Under the pieces are notes generated by a model. That model saw only the letters and a program-made list of their open reading frames with translations, had not been told where the DNA came from and did no database searches. DNA of 58,586 nt, counting the filler, from Squatina squatina (lineage: Eukaryota), in the NCBI GenBank assembly GCA_031763465.1. It is 4 parts of 4 records of this genome, joined end to end, with 100 filler letters (N's around TTAATTAATTAA, not from the genome) between each part and the next. Parts side by side here need not be neighbours in the genome. Positions count along the whole stretch, not along the records: positions 12,778 to 27,893 come from JARFOE010000219.1; positions 27,994 to 45,135 come from JARFOE010000100.1; 2 more parts are not named here. One strand, given 5' to 3'. Shown piece after piece: positions 26,666 through 40,235 of this stretch. The translations under genes were made by a program, and so were the position numbers. How positions within the stretch are numbered: position 1 is the stretch's first letter; every line of letters begins with the position of its first letter.

Positions 26666-27893
26666 TTCAAAAAGGCAGGTGAAGGCGTACAGATGGAGAA
26701 AGGTTGGGGAGAAATAAATAAAATGGATTGTGCTAATTCAAGGAAAGAAAAATAAAGGAGCTGATGAGACAAGCCTCACCGTTGGGTGGTAGTGGTCTGG
26801 TTTATTTCATTGCTGACAGTTTCATCGCAATGCCCCATTCCCAAGTTGCAATGTAATAATCTTGAAAACATATGTAATGTCTGACTGATATAAAGCTATA
26901 ACCTTATGGGACATGGTGCAACTGTAGAGCACAATGAGAGTTGTAATTTAAACAATTTATGGCACCAGCAAATCCGACAAACTTATTACAGAAAATGAAT
27001 ATATGCTGCAATGTTCATTAATTGCTCCCATGGAGTGACTGATGAGAGAAAAAAATATTTTCCTGAGAAGGTCTACAGTTCTAACTGCTCTGTGGATGAT
27101 TGTTAATCACAGAAGACTGAAATTATAGCACTTTTATTGCTGCAACTCATACTTGGAATTAACACCCCGCTGAGATGTTATACTTTTGTCCATGAGGATT
27201 GCGCCCCAGATTTTAATTAAAGTGAACAAACACGTTTATTTCAAACTGTTGCAGGAATGGAGCACTTTGAAAATATACTTTCTGTCACGGTATTTTAATA
27301 CAGGAAATGATAATTAGATTGCAATCCTAAATTGTGTGTATACAACTGTTTCAATTCTTAATATAAGGATTTTCATTTCCTTCAGTCAGTGTAGGTGATC
27401 ACTTTCGAAGGCTGACCCGCCAGCCTTTTGCTGGCAGAATTCAATTTGAACAATTAATTGCAAAATGATAAGTTAATCGTAAGTGACCGGACAAATACTG
27501 CAACAGTGTGCAGTGTCCTGAGACTAAAAGTCTCGTCAGCCATTAGGAAGTGGTCATGTGCTGCCAATCCACCAGTCAGATTAATGGAAATAAGAACTTC
27601 TCATCTTTCAAACCAGTCTCCAATCCAATATGGATTCACAAGCTTTACATATTCTTTTATAAATATATATCTTCACCGAATTGGCAAGTTCCAGAAATTA
27701 ATTTCAGTAAATGCTAAATCTGAATTTTAAAAAATGTTGAAGTGCTGGAAATGCACATCTGGTTAGTCAGCATCAGAAAAAAGAACAAAAAGGGAAGACT
27801 TGCATTTTATATAGTGCCTTTCACAACCTCAGGACATCCCACAGCGCTTTACAGCCAATGAAGGACTTTTGAAGTGTAGTCACTGTTGTAATG

Positions 27894-27993
27894 NNNNNNN
27901 NNNNNNNNNNNNNNNNNNNNNNNNNNNNNNNNNNNNNTTAATTAATTAANNNNNNNNNNNNNNNNNNNNNNNNNNNNNNNNNNNNNNNNNNNN
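27894..27993. other. Artificial linker with TTAATTAATTAA
   Basis: 12-mer at 27938-27949 inside a 100-nt spacer. Confidence 0.95.
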
Positions 27994-28686
27994 GGGGGGA
28001 AGCACATTCAATAGTAACTTTCACAAGCAAATTGGATAAATAAGAGAAATTTTCTGAGCTATGGGGAAAGAGCAGGAGAGTGGGACTAATTGGAGAACTC
28101 TTTCAAAGAGCCGGCACAGGAGCGATGGGCCGAATGGCCTCCTTTTGTGCTGTATGATTTAATAATATTAAGTAAAATGTGCAGACGCTATTTTGTTCAA
28201 ATAAATTATATTTTGCAATCATCCATCTCTTGACAGAGTGTTGTTGGCGAAGTTTATGATCAGAGAAGGAGACATTTGGGATTGAAACAGAAATCTTGCA
28301 TGGAGTGTTTGTGGATCAGTGCCAATACATAAACTGAGACCTAAATGAGAACGTTACCCATCTTGCAATAATTTATTGCAGCCTGGTTGCCTTAAGCACG
28401 ATGAATGATTTAGGCAGCCTTCCATTTAAATTAAATATAATATTGTCCAGCAATTTTTTTTGTATAAAAACATGTACAAAGGAATATTCATTATTAATGA
28501 AGAATCAAAAATTCAGCATGGTGCATATCTTCTGCCACCCTGTGGCGATTTCTAGTTTGTCACATTTGATCCAGAATAAAGATTCAAAGATAAAGGGTTT
28601 GTAAAATTGTACTGTGATTGCTCGAGTGTTAATCAGTACTTTATGCATTATAATTATGTAACAAACTATAACTATCAGGAAAACCC

Positions 28687-29075
28687 GAACAGGCTGGGGC
28701 TCTTTTCTCTAGAAAAGAGAAAACTGAGAGGCGACCTGATCTAGGTCTTTAAAATTATGAAAAGGTTTGATAGAGTTGACGTATAAAAGATGTTTCCACT
28801 TGTGGGGGAGAAAAAACTAGGGCCATAACTATAAGATAGTCACCAATAAATCCAATAGGAATTTTAGGGGAAACTTATTTACCCAGAGAGTGGCGAGAAT
28901 GTGAAATTCATCACAGGGAGTAGTTGGGGCGAATAGCATAGATGCATTTCAGGGAAGCTAGATTAGTACATGAGTGAGAAAGGAAAAGAAGGTTATGCTG
29001 ATGTGGTGGGAGGGGGTTTGTGTGGAGCATAAACACCGGTATGGACCAGTTGGGCCGAATGGCCTATTTCTGTAA
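28687..29075 (+). mobile_element. CR1 LINE 3' end
   Basis: Encodes RLGLFSLEKRKLRGDLI*VFKIMKRFDRVD; ends gggccgaatggcctatttctgt. Similar to 51405-51830. Confidence 0.85.
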
Positions 29076-29972
29076 TCTCTCTGTAAAAATAAGAATGCAA
29101 GTTTCGATAAAGAATATTCTGGTATGTGTTTTTTTAAGCTTTGAATCTATTTGCTTTTGGAAGTCAACCAGGAAGGTTCAGTAAACCACGATGAATGTGG
29201 ATGCAGCCCGTCTGAAGGCAGTGATTGTGAGTATTTCAGAAAGCCGATCTCGGATGTCGAGGTCAGCTAAAAAATCTGGAATACTTTCTGTATTTTGCAA
29301 TAAAAGAACACTGTTCTCCACCCTGTACTAAAAGACATAAGACATGCATTAATATTCCAAGATATGATGCTCTTGATGAATATTTGATTCTAAAGAGTGG
29401 TTCCACAGTGGAAATTAAAGTTGGGTGGGTACTATAATAGCTGGGTGATCTGCTTGACCAGTTTACCGCCCAGGGCGGGGGGAGGGGGAGGGGAGGTGAA
29501 GTGAAAATTACCCCATCCAAATCTTTACTATTCAAGGAGTGCAACAAACAGGAATTAAGCGCTTTATTTGCATATGACTAGATCCTAGCACCAGTTCCAG
29601 AATGCCTATGTAAGAGGCTTTACCAATATGGTGGACAGTGCACTTGCAATCTGCAATGGGCAAGCATTCAGCGTCCAACATTTTGAATGTTTAGGGGCCT
29701 ATTTTATGCCTGTAAAATGGGCGTGGTTCCATAAATCCCTCATATGTATACCTTGTTGTTCATACCTTGTTCTTCAATGCAACTAACAAAATAAGAGCAT
29801 AAGAAATCTTGCAATGCGAATAGGCTTTCAAACCACGAACTCCACTTCTTCCAGACACTTTGCCCAACCTACCCTATCGCTGTACCTCTTTCAATCTCCT
29901 GAAGGAAATTGTTACAAATACATCCTGATGCTCGAAGGTAATCAAGTTACACCCCAGACCATCTATTCAGCT

Positions 29973-29988
29973 CCACTGTGGCTCATTT

Positions 29989-30019
<31 letters not shown>

Positions 30020-30105
30020 GTGGGTTCAAGTCCTACTCCAAAGACATGAGCCTAAAAATCTAGGCTGACGCTTGAATACTGAGGGAGTGCTGCACTGTTG
30101 GGAAT
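29973..30105 (+). mobile_element. tRNA-derived Deu-type SINE head, interrupted by a GC-rich element at ~30108
   Basis: A-box-like gtggctcatttggtag and B-box ggttcaagtcc, then ctaggctgac..tactgagggagtgctgcactg. Confidence 0.8.
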
Positions 30106-30539
30106 GGTGGGGTTGAAATTGCCCCTTTTTATAGCCCTGTTAGCGCCTCCAGGGGGCTAATGGGGCATTAATTAGTTTTTACCCGGGGCGGGGTTGGGTA
30201 CTACCGCCTCCCGAGAAATTCCCTGGGGGGGCGGTCACGGAGGTGCTGGGCCTCACCATCCTCTGCCGATCCCTTTTTGCCTCATGGGGAAATTGACCCA
30301 CAGTACGCAAGGCCAGCAGGAGGCGATGGCAACGCCAGCTTCGTGTGGCGCAAAGCTGGCGCACTTCGGCGCCCGGGACGCCCCTTAAAAGGAAGACCTT
30401 TTGCACCCCAGGCCGCCATCTTTTTTGTCAGCTGACTCTNNNNNNNNNNNNNNNNNNNNNNNNNNNNNNNNNNNNNNNNNNNNNNNNNNNNNNNNNNNNN
30501 NNNNNNNNNNNNNNNNNNNNNNNNNNNNNNNNNNNNNNN

Positions 30540-30925
30540 GGAGATATTGGGAAAAGACCAAAAATGTGGTTAAAGAGGTAGGTTTTAAGGAGTGTGTTAA
30601 TGGAGGAGAGAGAGGTAGAGAGGCGGAGAGGTTTAGGGAGAGAATTCCAGAGTTTACAGCCTAGGCAGGAGAAGGCACAGCTGGCAATGATTGAGCGATT
30701 AAAATCAGGAATGCTCAAGTGGCCAGTATTAGAGGAGCGTGGATATCTTGGGGAGTGGGGTGGTGTTGTAGGGCTGGAGGAGATTACAGAGATAGAGAAT
30801 GCTGAGGTCATGGAGGGATTTGAAAAGAAGGATGGGAATTTTTAAATCGAGGCATTGCTTAACTGGGAGCCAGTGTCGATAAGCAAGTATATTAACGATG
30901 GGTGAACGGGATGTTCAAGTGGGAC
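30540..30925 (-). mobile_element. L2 LINE ORF2 C-terminal fragment
   Basis: Encodes RSSNTGHLSIPDFNRSIIASCAFSCLGCKLWNSLPKPLRLSTSLSSINTLLKTYLF. Confidence 0.85.
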
Positions 30926-30928
30926 AAT

Positions 30929-31611
30929 GGGCCAGAATTTGCGGTCGGAGGCTTCCTGCGTGCGGAGGCCCCTGACTGTAAATATTTCTACAAACTTACC
31001 TTGGGTCCCTGGAGGTTTGGAGACTTCGGCTTCTGGGCCTCTCTGGTTGCCCATGCGTAGCGGGCCACGCATCGTATCCACATATGCAGTTCGCAGGCAT
31101 GGATAAGATTACGTGGTCGGGCCCAGCCAAGGTAAGGATATTCCCATTCATACTAATGGTGATTAATCATCATTAGTACGAATGGAGATACCCCCAAAAA
31201 CACACAAGAACTAAAATAAACGTAAAAACATACAAATTTAAAATTAATCAAAATTGAATTTAATCATTAAAATAAAAAATAATTTTTTGAAAAATAGTTT
31301 AAAGTGACTAAAAAAAACTTACCTTATTTGACATGATTTTAAATGTTTAAATTCCTGAAAAAAGTTATTTTTTTGTGTTTTAAAAGTCTTAGACTGAAAA
31401 AGCAGGCCTGTACGCATGCTTTTTCAGTCGTAAGAAAATAAAGGGCGTTTGCTGGGCAGGAGTCAACTCCCAGCCCACGGAGTCCCGTTATTTTCGGATG
31501 CGTTGGACCTGTCAAGAGAAATCAGTGCATCCGTAAACCCGGAACTTGCGGGGCCCCTAGAGGCGCATGCGCATCCCGTATGCACCCGCAGGGGCTGCAA
31601 TTTCAGGGCCT
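30929..31611. mobile_element. Non-autonomous DNA transposon (Harbinger-like), imperfect TIRs
   Basis: Left gggccagaatttgcgg vs reverse complement of right ggccctgaaattgcag. GC-rich arms around an AT-rich core; aat flanks both sides (possible 3-bp TSD). Confidence 0.6.
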
Positions 31612-31964
31612 AATATATTCTTGTTCTTCAATATTCAGTTTACCATAAAGCAAAGTACAATAAAAGCTTGTATGAATGTAGGAATGAGAAGAGGTTTGGC
31701 CAGCTCACTACATACTGTTTTGATGAAAATCTGCCTATAAGGGATTACATTAAGTAAGATTAATCTGTGACATCCAGTTCCTGGTAGGTGAATCGATAAA
31801 GTCAACATTAATTTGAATTAACTAGGCAGTCTCAATCATAAGAATGGCTGATGTAGGATATGGNNNNNNNNNNNNNNNNNNNNNNNNNNNNNNNNNNNNN
31901 NNNNNNNNNNNNNNNNNNNNNNNNNNNNNNNNNNNNNNNNNNNNNNNNNNNNNNNNNNNNNNNA

Positions 31965-32285
<321 letters not shown>

Positions 32286-32875
32286 TTAAATTGGGCCAGA
32301 TTTTGCTGAAAAAAATAGTGGGGTCTGACCGACGCTCGCCGTTATTAAAGCACAAATCGTCCAGCAACTATTGGCGAGGGAGAGATGCCCCGTGGAGTCA
32401 CTGGACGATTTGCATCTCTCGTGAAAACGGCACCTCGCGCTCAATCTTCCCGTGACTGTCATTGTGTNNNNNNNNNNCTATTAAACTCACCACAGAAAGT
32501 TGTGGCTCGTGATTAACAGCGTAAGTACCCTTTTAACGATGTGATAATTGTTATTGACTGAGAATTAACCTCTCCGGCCCAGTGAAAAGTGAATCATTGT
32601 AAGCGGGAGTCTCATTCCTTCAAGTTGGGAATTGTGTTTGGTGATCTTAAAATGCCAAAAACGTTCTTACTTTTCCTTGTGGGTCTCTTTTTTTCTCTCT
32701 GTCTTAAATCAATCTTTTTTTCACTCTCTTTATTTCTCTACCTGTACCTAAATTGCCCTCCGTCTCAGACTTCCTNNNNNNNNNNNNNNNNNNNNNNNNN
32801 NNNNNNNNNNNNNNNNNNNNNNNNNNNNNNNNNNNNNNNNNNNNNNNNNNNNNNNNNNNNNNNNNNNNNNNNNNN

Positions 32876-33115
32876 CACCGGGGAGAACTCCCCTGTTTCC
32901 CTTCGAAATAGTGGCCATGAGATTTTTTTTATGTCCACCTGATAGGGTAGACGGGGGGGGTGCCCATTTTAAGGTCTCATCCAAAAGACGTTGAAGCACT
33001 CCCTCACTACTGGCACTGGGAGTGTCAGCCTAAATTACGTGCTCAAGTCCCTGGAGTGGGGCTTGAACCCATAACCTTCCAACTCAGAGCGTAGCCCACT
33101 GAGCCACAGCCGACA
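32876..33115 (-). mobile_element. tRNA-derived Deu-type SINE, 5' half
   Basis: tRNA-like head ggctgtggctcagtggg..gggttcaagccc, plus Deu core tctttggatgagaccttaaa...atggccactatttcgaaggg. Confidence 0.8.
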
Positions 33116-33250
33116 CCTTCTCATAGAGATAGGGGAAATGAGAGGCACTTATGATCACACGAGAGTGGGACGGATCTGAACAATGGAGCAAGGGGGAGTG
33201 AGATACCAGCCACATCTGTCAACCCAACTGAGGTGCTGGAGCTGTCCTAC

Positions 33251-33783
33251 CTCTGCTTGAGCTTCTGCAGGTCATCCACCAGATTGTCCCTCTCCACTTC
33301 CACCCGGACCTTGTCGTTGGTCAGCATGTCGATCTGCCGGCGGAGGTCCCGCATCTCCTGCTCATAGAGATCGTTCACCCGCCCTGGCTCCTGGCCCTTC
33401 AGCCGGTTCACCTCGGCCACCATAACCTTGTTCTGCTGCTCCAGGAAGCGGACCTTCTCGATGTAGCTGGCGAAGCGGTCATTCAGGTGCTGCATCTCCG
33501 CCTTCTCGTTGGTCCTGGTCTGGATGAACTCCTGGTTCAGGGCGTCGGCGATGTTGAAGTCCACCACCTCGTAGCCTCGGCTCGGGGCCTTGGTCCGGTA
33601 GCTGGCATAAGAGGGCAGGGCGGTGGACTTGGTGATCAGCACCCTGGAGGACAAGTTGCTGCTGCCTCCTGTGCCGAAGCGGCCACCAGAGTAGGAAGCC
33701 CTGGACAACTGGGGAGAAGCCATCAGGTTCCCGCCAAAGGTCCTTCTGTAGGAGCTGGAGGATGAGGTGGCTGCAAAAGACAT
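33251..33783 (-). CDS. des: Desmin exon 1 (head, coil 1A, start of coil 1B)
   Basis: acaccATG start; SSYRRTFGG head nonapeptide; [29 protein letters not shown]; ends LQKLKQ-AG|gtagga in phase 2, as in type III IF genes. Exons 2-5 and 7-9 are not in the window. Confidence 0.95.
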
Positions 33784-34024
33784 GGTGTATTAGCTTAGAT
33801 CTCTGATCTTCTTTCCTTCTTCCCTTTCCTTTCTATCTACCTAGCTCTCTCTATCTTTCTTTCTCTCCCCCTCTAACTACAGCACTTCTATTGAACTGAC
33901 AGCACTGCAGTCCCAACCTCCCACNNNNNNNNNNNNNNNNNNNNNNNNNNNNNNNNNNNNNNNNNNNNNNNNNNNNNNNNNNNNNNNNNNNNNNNNNNNN
34001 NNNNNNNNNNNNNNNNNNNNNNNN

Positions 34025-34524
34025 CAAATCTAATGGAGCGTTTGCTCTTGATGGTGGCAATAGCAGCATTGACATCTTTTGGCACCACATCACCTCGGTA
34101 GAGCATACTGCAAGCCATGTACTTGCCGTTGCGAGGGTCACACTTGACCATCTGGTTGGCTGGCTCAAAGCAGGCATTGGTGAGCTGAGCCACAGTCAGT
34201 TGCTCATGGTAAGCCTTCTCAGCTGAGATCACTGGTGCATAGGCAATCAAGGGAAAGTGGATGCGTGGATACGGAACCAAATTAGTCTGGAATTCTATCA
34301 GATCAATGCTCATCGCACCTTCAAAGCGAAGGGAGCATGTAATACAGGACACAACTTGAGCAAGCAGCCGGTTCAGGTTGGTGTAGGTGGGACGCTCGAT
34401 GTCGAGGTTACGTCTGCAGATATCGTAGATGGCCTCGTTGTCGACCATGAAGGCGCAGTCCGAGTGCTCCAGCGTGGTGTGGGTGGTCAGGATGGAGTTG
34501 TACGGCTCCACCACGGCCGTGGCC
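34025..34524 (-). CDS. Alpha-tubulin exon 4 fragment (residues ~178-343), divergent after residue ~230, probably chimeric
   Basis: [91 protein letters not shown]...IKSKRSIRF; open frame between two gaps. Confidence 0.9.
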
Positions 34525-34624
34525 NNNNNNNNNNNNNNNNNNNNNNNNNNNNNNNNNNNNNNNNNNNNNNNNNNNNNNNNNNNNNNNNNNNNNNNNNNNN
34601 NNNNNNNNNNNNNNNNNNNNNNNN

Positions 34625-34914
34625 GGACGTTCGATATCCAAGTTTCTGCGACAGATATCATAAAGGGCTTCATTGTCTGCTATAAAGCAACAGTCTGAGT
34701 GCTCAAGGGTGGTGTGGGTAGTGAGGATGGCATTGTAGGGTTCGACCACTGCTGTTGAGATCTGAGGAGCTGGGTAGATGGTAAATTCAAACTTGGTTTT
34801 CTTGCCGTAGTCAACAGTAAGGCATTGCATCAAGAGGGAAGTGAAACCAGAGCCGGTGCCTCCGCCAAAGCTGTGGAACACCAGGAAACCCTGGAGTCCT
34901 GTGCAATCATCGAC
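34625..34914 (-). CDS. Divergent alpha-tubulin exon 4, 5' part (residues 126-222)
   Basis: Acceptor tttttcacag|GTC at the conserved intron position after codon 125. Translates [64 protein letters not shown]...[24 protein letters not shown]. Confidence 0.9.
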
Positions 34915-35440
34915 CTGTGAAAAATAGGATATATGCTAGATTAGCCAGCTGCATTTATGTTCAGAATCAAAATGGAAGACAATTTTAAGTGTAAACGTAT
35001 GCATTTTGCTTAAATTCGTCTGTTAGAAAATGTTCTTAAAGAAGGAAGTAAATGTTGAAGGGAGAAGTTCAAATACAATTTTTTCCCTCAATTTAGAAAG
35101 AAAAAAAGGCACTTGCATTTCTGTAGCGCCTTTCATGAACTCAGGTGTCCCAAAGTGCTTTATAGCCAATGAAGTACTTTTGAAGTTCAGTCACTGTTGT
35201 AATACAGAAAACACGCCAGCCAATTTGCACACCCTTTCCACAATATAATGGCAGCTTATTTTTTACAATAAAACTGTTTAATGAATGTCTCTATTCTCTT
35301 CCCTCCATCCAGGCTGCCGCAAACCTCACACTGACTGAGANNNNNNNNNNNNNNNNNNNNNNNNNNNNNNNNNNNNNNNNNNNNNNNNNNNNNNNNNNNN
35401 NNNNNNNNNNNNNNNNNNNNNNNNNNNNNNNNNNNNNNNN

Positions 35441-35660
35441 CCTGCAAGTTTCCCTCCAAGTTACACACCATCCTGACTTGGAAATAAATTGCTGTTCCTG
35501 GCTCAAAATCCTGGACCTCCTTCCCCCAACAGCACTGTGGAGTATCTTCAGCACAAGGACTGCAGCAGTTCAATAATACAGCTCTTCACCTTCAAGGGTA
35601 ATTAGGGATTGGCAATAAATCCTGGCTATGCAGCAATGCCCACATCCTGGAACAAATAGA
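35441..35660 (+). mobile_element. Non-LTR retrotransposon 3' end (CR1-group)
   Basis: caaaatcctggacctccttccccaacagcactgtgg (WNSLP-like region), then tail ggcaataaatcctggc..gcccacatcc. Confidence 0.65.
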
Positions 35661-36017
35661 TTTTTGGATTCCTGGGAAACTTGGAATATGGGGATAGGGC
35701 AGGAAAGTGGAGTGAGGTCAAAGATCAGCCACAATTTTATTGAAAGGCAGAGCAGGCTCGAGGGGCCGTATGGGCTACTCCTGCTCCTATTTATGTTCTC
35801 TTGGGTATTGCTGTCAATTTCCTCAAGATGCAGGACAAAAAAAGTGAACAATTCTGCCCGAATGTGCCTTAACCCAAGCTGCCCTTTCCATGGTAGTACT
35901 GATATTTGAATAGCAAGTATTTACTTAAACACTTCAGAAATTCTGCAATGAAAGTACTGGCTCGAGGTTAAAATTGCAAAGATTGAATCAAAACAGACTT
36001 TTATATAGCCACAAAAG

Positions 36018-36023
36018 TTTATT
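36018..36023 (-). promoter_or_regulatory. Candidate polyadenylation signal of the conventional alpha-tubulin
   Basis: AATAAA on the minus strand (atgtttcAATAAActtttgtgg) followed by T/G-rich sequence, downstream of the tubulin CDS. Confidence 0.45.
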
Positions 36024-36874
36024 GAAACATTTTGTTCTAAACATTACAAATATTAGGAATGGTTAATTATTTCTCCCGACTCTTTAAATTGGAAGCCGTG
36101 CCATTTTGGCACAAGTGTACCATTTTAATAGTATTGTGCTCTAGATCAGAGTGGTCAACTGGAGCCTCCTAAAACACATGCAACTCCTCTGGTGTTTTTG
36201 CACTGACAGCTTCAATGGTGATGCAGGATAACATTAAAATAGGCATAATTCCTTCCATTCAAACTTTGCTAAACAATATAATTTGGATTACGATGTTAAC
36301 TAGTTACTTTTAGCCCAAATGTGCTCCTCTGTTGCCCAGAAGGGTTGTGTCATTAGCTTGTCCACATAGAGGGCATCTGGTGTCNNNNNNNNNNNNNNNN
36401 NNNNNNNNNNNNNNNNNNNNNNNNNNNNNNNNNNNNNNNNNNNNNNNNNNNNNNNNNNNNNNNNNNNNNNNNNNNNNNNNNNNNNNNNNNNNNNNNNNNN
36501 NNNNNNNNNNNNNNNNNNNNNNNNNNNNNNNNNNNNNNNNNNNNNNNNNNNNNNNNNNNNNNNNNNNNNNNNNNNNNNNNNNNNNNNNNNNNNNNNNNNN
36601 NNNNNNNNNNNNNNNNNNNNNNNNNNNNNNNNNNNNNNNNNNNNNNNNNNNNNNNNNNNNNNNNNNNNNNNNNNNNNNNNNNNNNNNNNNNNNNNNNNNN
36701 NNNNNNNNNNNNNNNNNNNNNNNNNNNNNNNNNNNNNNNNNNNNNNNNNNNNNNNNNNNNNNNNNNNNNNNNNNNNNNNNNNNNNNNNNNNNNNNNNNNN
36801 NNNNNNNNNNNNNNNNNNNNNNNNNNNNNNNNNNNNNNNNNNNNNNNNNNNNNNNNNNNNNNNNNNNNNNNNNN

Positions 36875-37941
<1,067 letters not shown>

Positions 37942-39250
37942 TTATGCCCTTTGAAGATAGATTGCAACAAAATTATCCCAAATGTTTCAAATATGGCCAT
38001 CCCAATAATCTAGACAAAATAAGATCCCACTAGATGTTCTAGTACTTGGTGAATGACCAATTAATCACAACCCAATTCCTTATCCATCTGTGTTTTGGTA
38101 TTTGTTTCTTTACATTATGCATCTTCCCCTTTTGCACAATATGAACAATCAATCCAGCCACCTGCTTAATTGGTCCAGACTGGTTTGAATGCCATCAGCA
38201 TCGCATGGTCATCATCCAATGTCACCACTAGGAGTCAGCAGCAAATACAACACCATAAAATAACTATCATTTTAGAAACAGAATACTCAGTAGGCAACAC
38301 AATAGATCACTAGAATTTTACCCTGAATTTGGGTTAAATGCACACTATATAATGCTTAATTGATCCACTGTTTTTTTTTTAATATCTAAGTGTTCTGCAA
38401 ATGCCAGTTGTTGTGGACCATTGGTCAATTTTTTGTTAACACCCCCCCCCTTTCTTGTGCATTACCAGGTGCCAATTCAATGATCTACACCTTCAAACCA
38501 CCCAACACAGGGATACCTTAAGAGCTGTGGATTGATGAGTACCAGCAGCTAGTTTTGGAAACTATAAGAAGGCATTTCACTTGTGACTCTTAACACGCAT
38601 CAAGGAGATGTGATCTTTTAGTTATCCACTCCCTGGTCAGGATTGATACACGGGTTCAGATNNNNNNNNNNNNNNNNNNNNNNNNNNNNNNNNNNNNNNN
38701 NNNNNNNNNNNNNNNNNNNNNNNNNNNNNNNNNNNNNNNNNNNNNNNNNNNNNNNNNNNNNTCGAACGCAGGAGTTGGTTCACTTCAGGCACTCGCTACT
38801 CTCTTCAAAATACACTCCCGTGCATCACCCAGGTATGATTAACCAATCACCCCGCACCCTCTTTGCCTCAAACAAGTAAAACTACCCAGGATTTTTCAAG
38901 GTTCCTCAATAGGAGTACAACACAGCAAAAAAGAAAAGGTACCTCTGGGTTTGCCAGATCGCTTCAAATGCAAGAACGTGAAAGCACAGGAAGTGGTAAT
39001 GGAGGAAAATGGAGTAGCCGATTGCCTTTGGAAAGAAGAAAAATGTGCAATTTTCTCCCCCCACCTCCTCAACTTTAAAAAAGGGCCGAGCCCATATGGT
39101 CCGGGGGTAAAATGAACATGTGAGGTCCGGTCCTATTCATTTGCCAGAAATGCTGACTGTAGGATTTCATACGTTTCTTTTTGTGCAGCAGCAATAAACT
39201 CCAGACGCTCACAGGGGTAGATCGAGCCCCTAATGTTTACGCTGTCGAGA

Positions 39251-39389
39251 TTAGACCATTTTGGTCTCCTGGACGGCTCCTACCGGCTGCAGCTGTTCGC
39301 TCTGATTCAACACCCAGGTAATGTTTGGTCTCTCTTGGGGGTTAACAACCATCATAGAGGTTAGCAGACGTTGCAGGGCTTGTGTGTGC
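39251..39389 (-). CDS. stk16: STK16 last coding exon (not in the ORF track)
   Basis: tttgtttcgtag|G then HTQALQRLLTSMMVVNPQERPNITWVLNQSEQLQPVGAVQETKMV*. This is kinase subdomain XI (P..RP), collinear with the STK16 C-terminus; TAA at 39253-39251. Confidence 0.9.
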
Positions 39390-39694
39390 CTACGAAACAA
39401 AGGGGCAGAAGAGAATTCAGTTCACAAAAAACAGAAATGGCTCACAAAAATATGCTTCATAGAACTTACAGCGCAGGAACAGGCTATAAGGCCTTTGGGC
39501 CCAACAGGCCGGCCTGTTGAAAGTCAATGTTCTTGTCATGTTTTGCAGTTAGAGGCTGGGTCTCGCTCCAGTTTCACCCCTTCCCGCCTCAGCCCCGGCT
39601 GTCAGACTGAAGGCGGGGAAGGGGGCGTTAGCACTGCAAAGAGTGCAACGTGTCTGATTCACGCCATCCGAACGAATTGCTAGACGAAGGTCCA

Positions 39695-40235
39695 TCGAAT
39701 TCACCCCAAAGCGCATCACAACCAATGAAGCCCTTGTTTTGGAATGTAGTCACTGTTGCAATGTGGAAAGGGCGGTCGCCAATNNNNNNNNNNNNNNNNN
39801 NNNNNNNNNNNNNNNNNNNNNNNNNNNNNNNNNNNNNNNNNNNNNNNNNNNNNNNNNNNNNNNNNNNNNNNNNNNNNNNNNNNGAATGTTGACCAGGATT
39901 GGGAGAACTTCCTTGCTCTTCTTTGAATAGTGCCATGGGACCTTTAAATCGGCTTCAACGGTAGATGTGGGCCTCGGCTTTATGTCTTATCCCAACGATG
40001 CAGCACCCCTCAGCACCAATGTTTCCTCCAAGCTGCACTCATGCGCAGCAATCTTGAAGGTACCACGCGCGCTGCTCACAAGCTCTCAAATAAAAATTTA
40101 AAAGGTATCGCGCATTGAAAAAAACCTGCCCGCGCACAACGAAATTTTAGAGGGAACATTGCTCAGCGCTGCACTGAGTGTCAGCTTAGATTAAAAGAAT
40201 CTGACCTCACGGCTGACAACACTGCTCGCTACGTG
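39695..40235 (-). mobile_element. Deu-type SINE split by a gap and by a hAT MITE
   Basis: Tail at ~39700-39780, core at 39884-40016, and continuation gcactgagtgtcagcttagatt after 40162. Confidence 0.7.
40017..40161. mobile_element. 145-bp hAT-type MITE with 8-bp target site duplication
   Basis: TIRs CAATGTTTCCTC / CAATGTTCCCTC; flanks ctcagcac (40009-40016) and ctcagcgc (40162-40169). Confidence 0.88.

Noticed and set aside
29973-30045. tRNA gene (also ~24680-24745 and ~58075-58135)
   Set aside because: The A/B boxes continue into the SINE body; these are SINE heads.
33247-33783. Peripherin or vimentin instead of desmin
   Set aside because: [41 protein letters not shown] and the STK16 linkage fit desmin better.
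33888-34025. Tubulin-desmin fusion or near-overlap
   Set aside because: The two are separated by an arbitrary 100-N spacer, and the tubulin 3' end and desmin promoter are missing.
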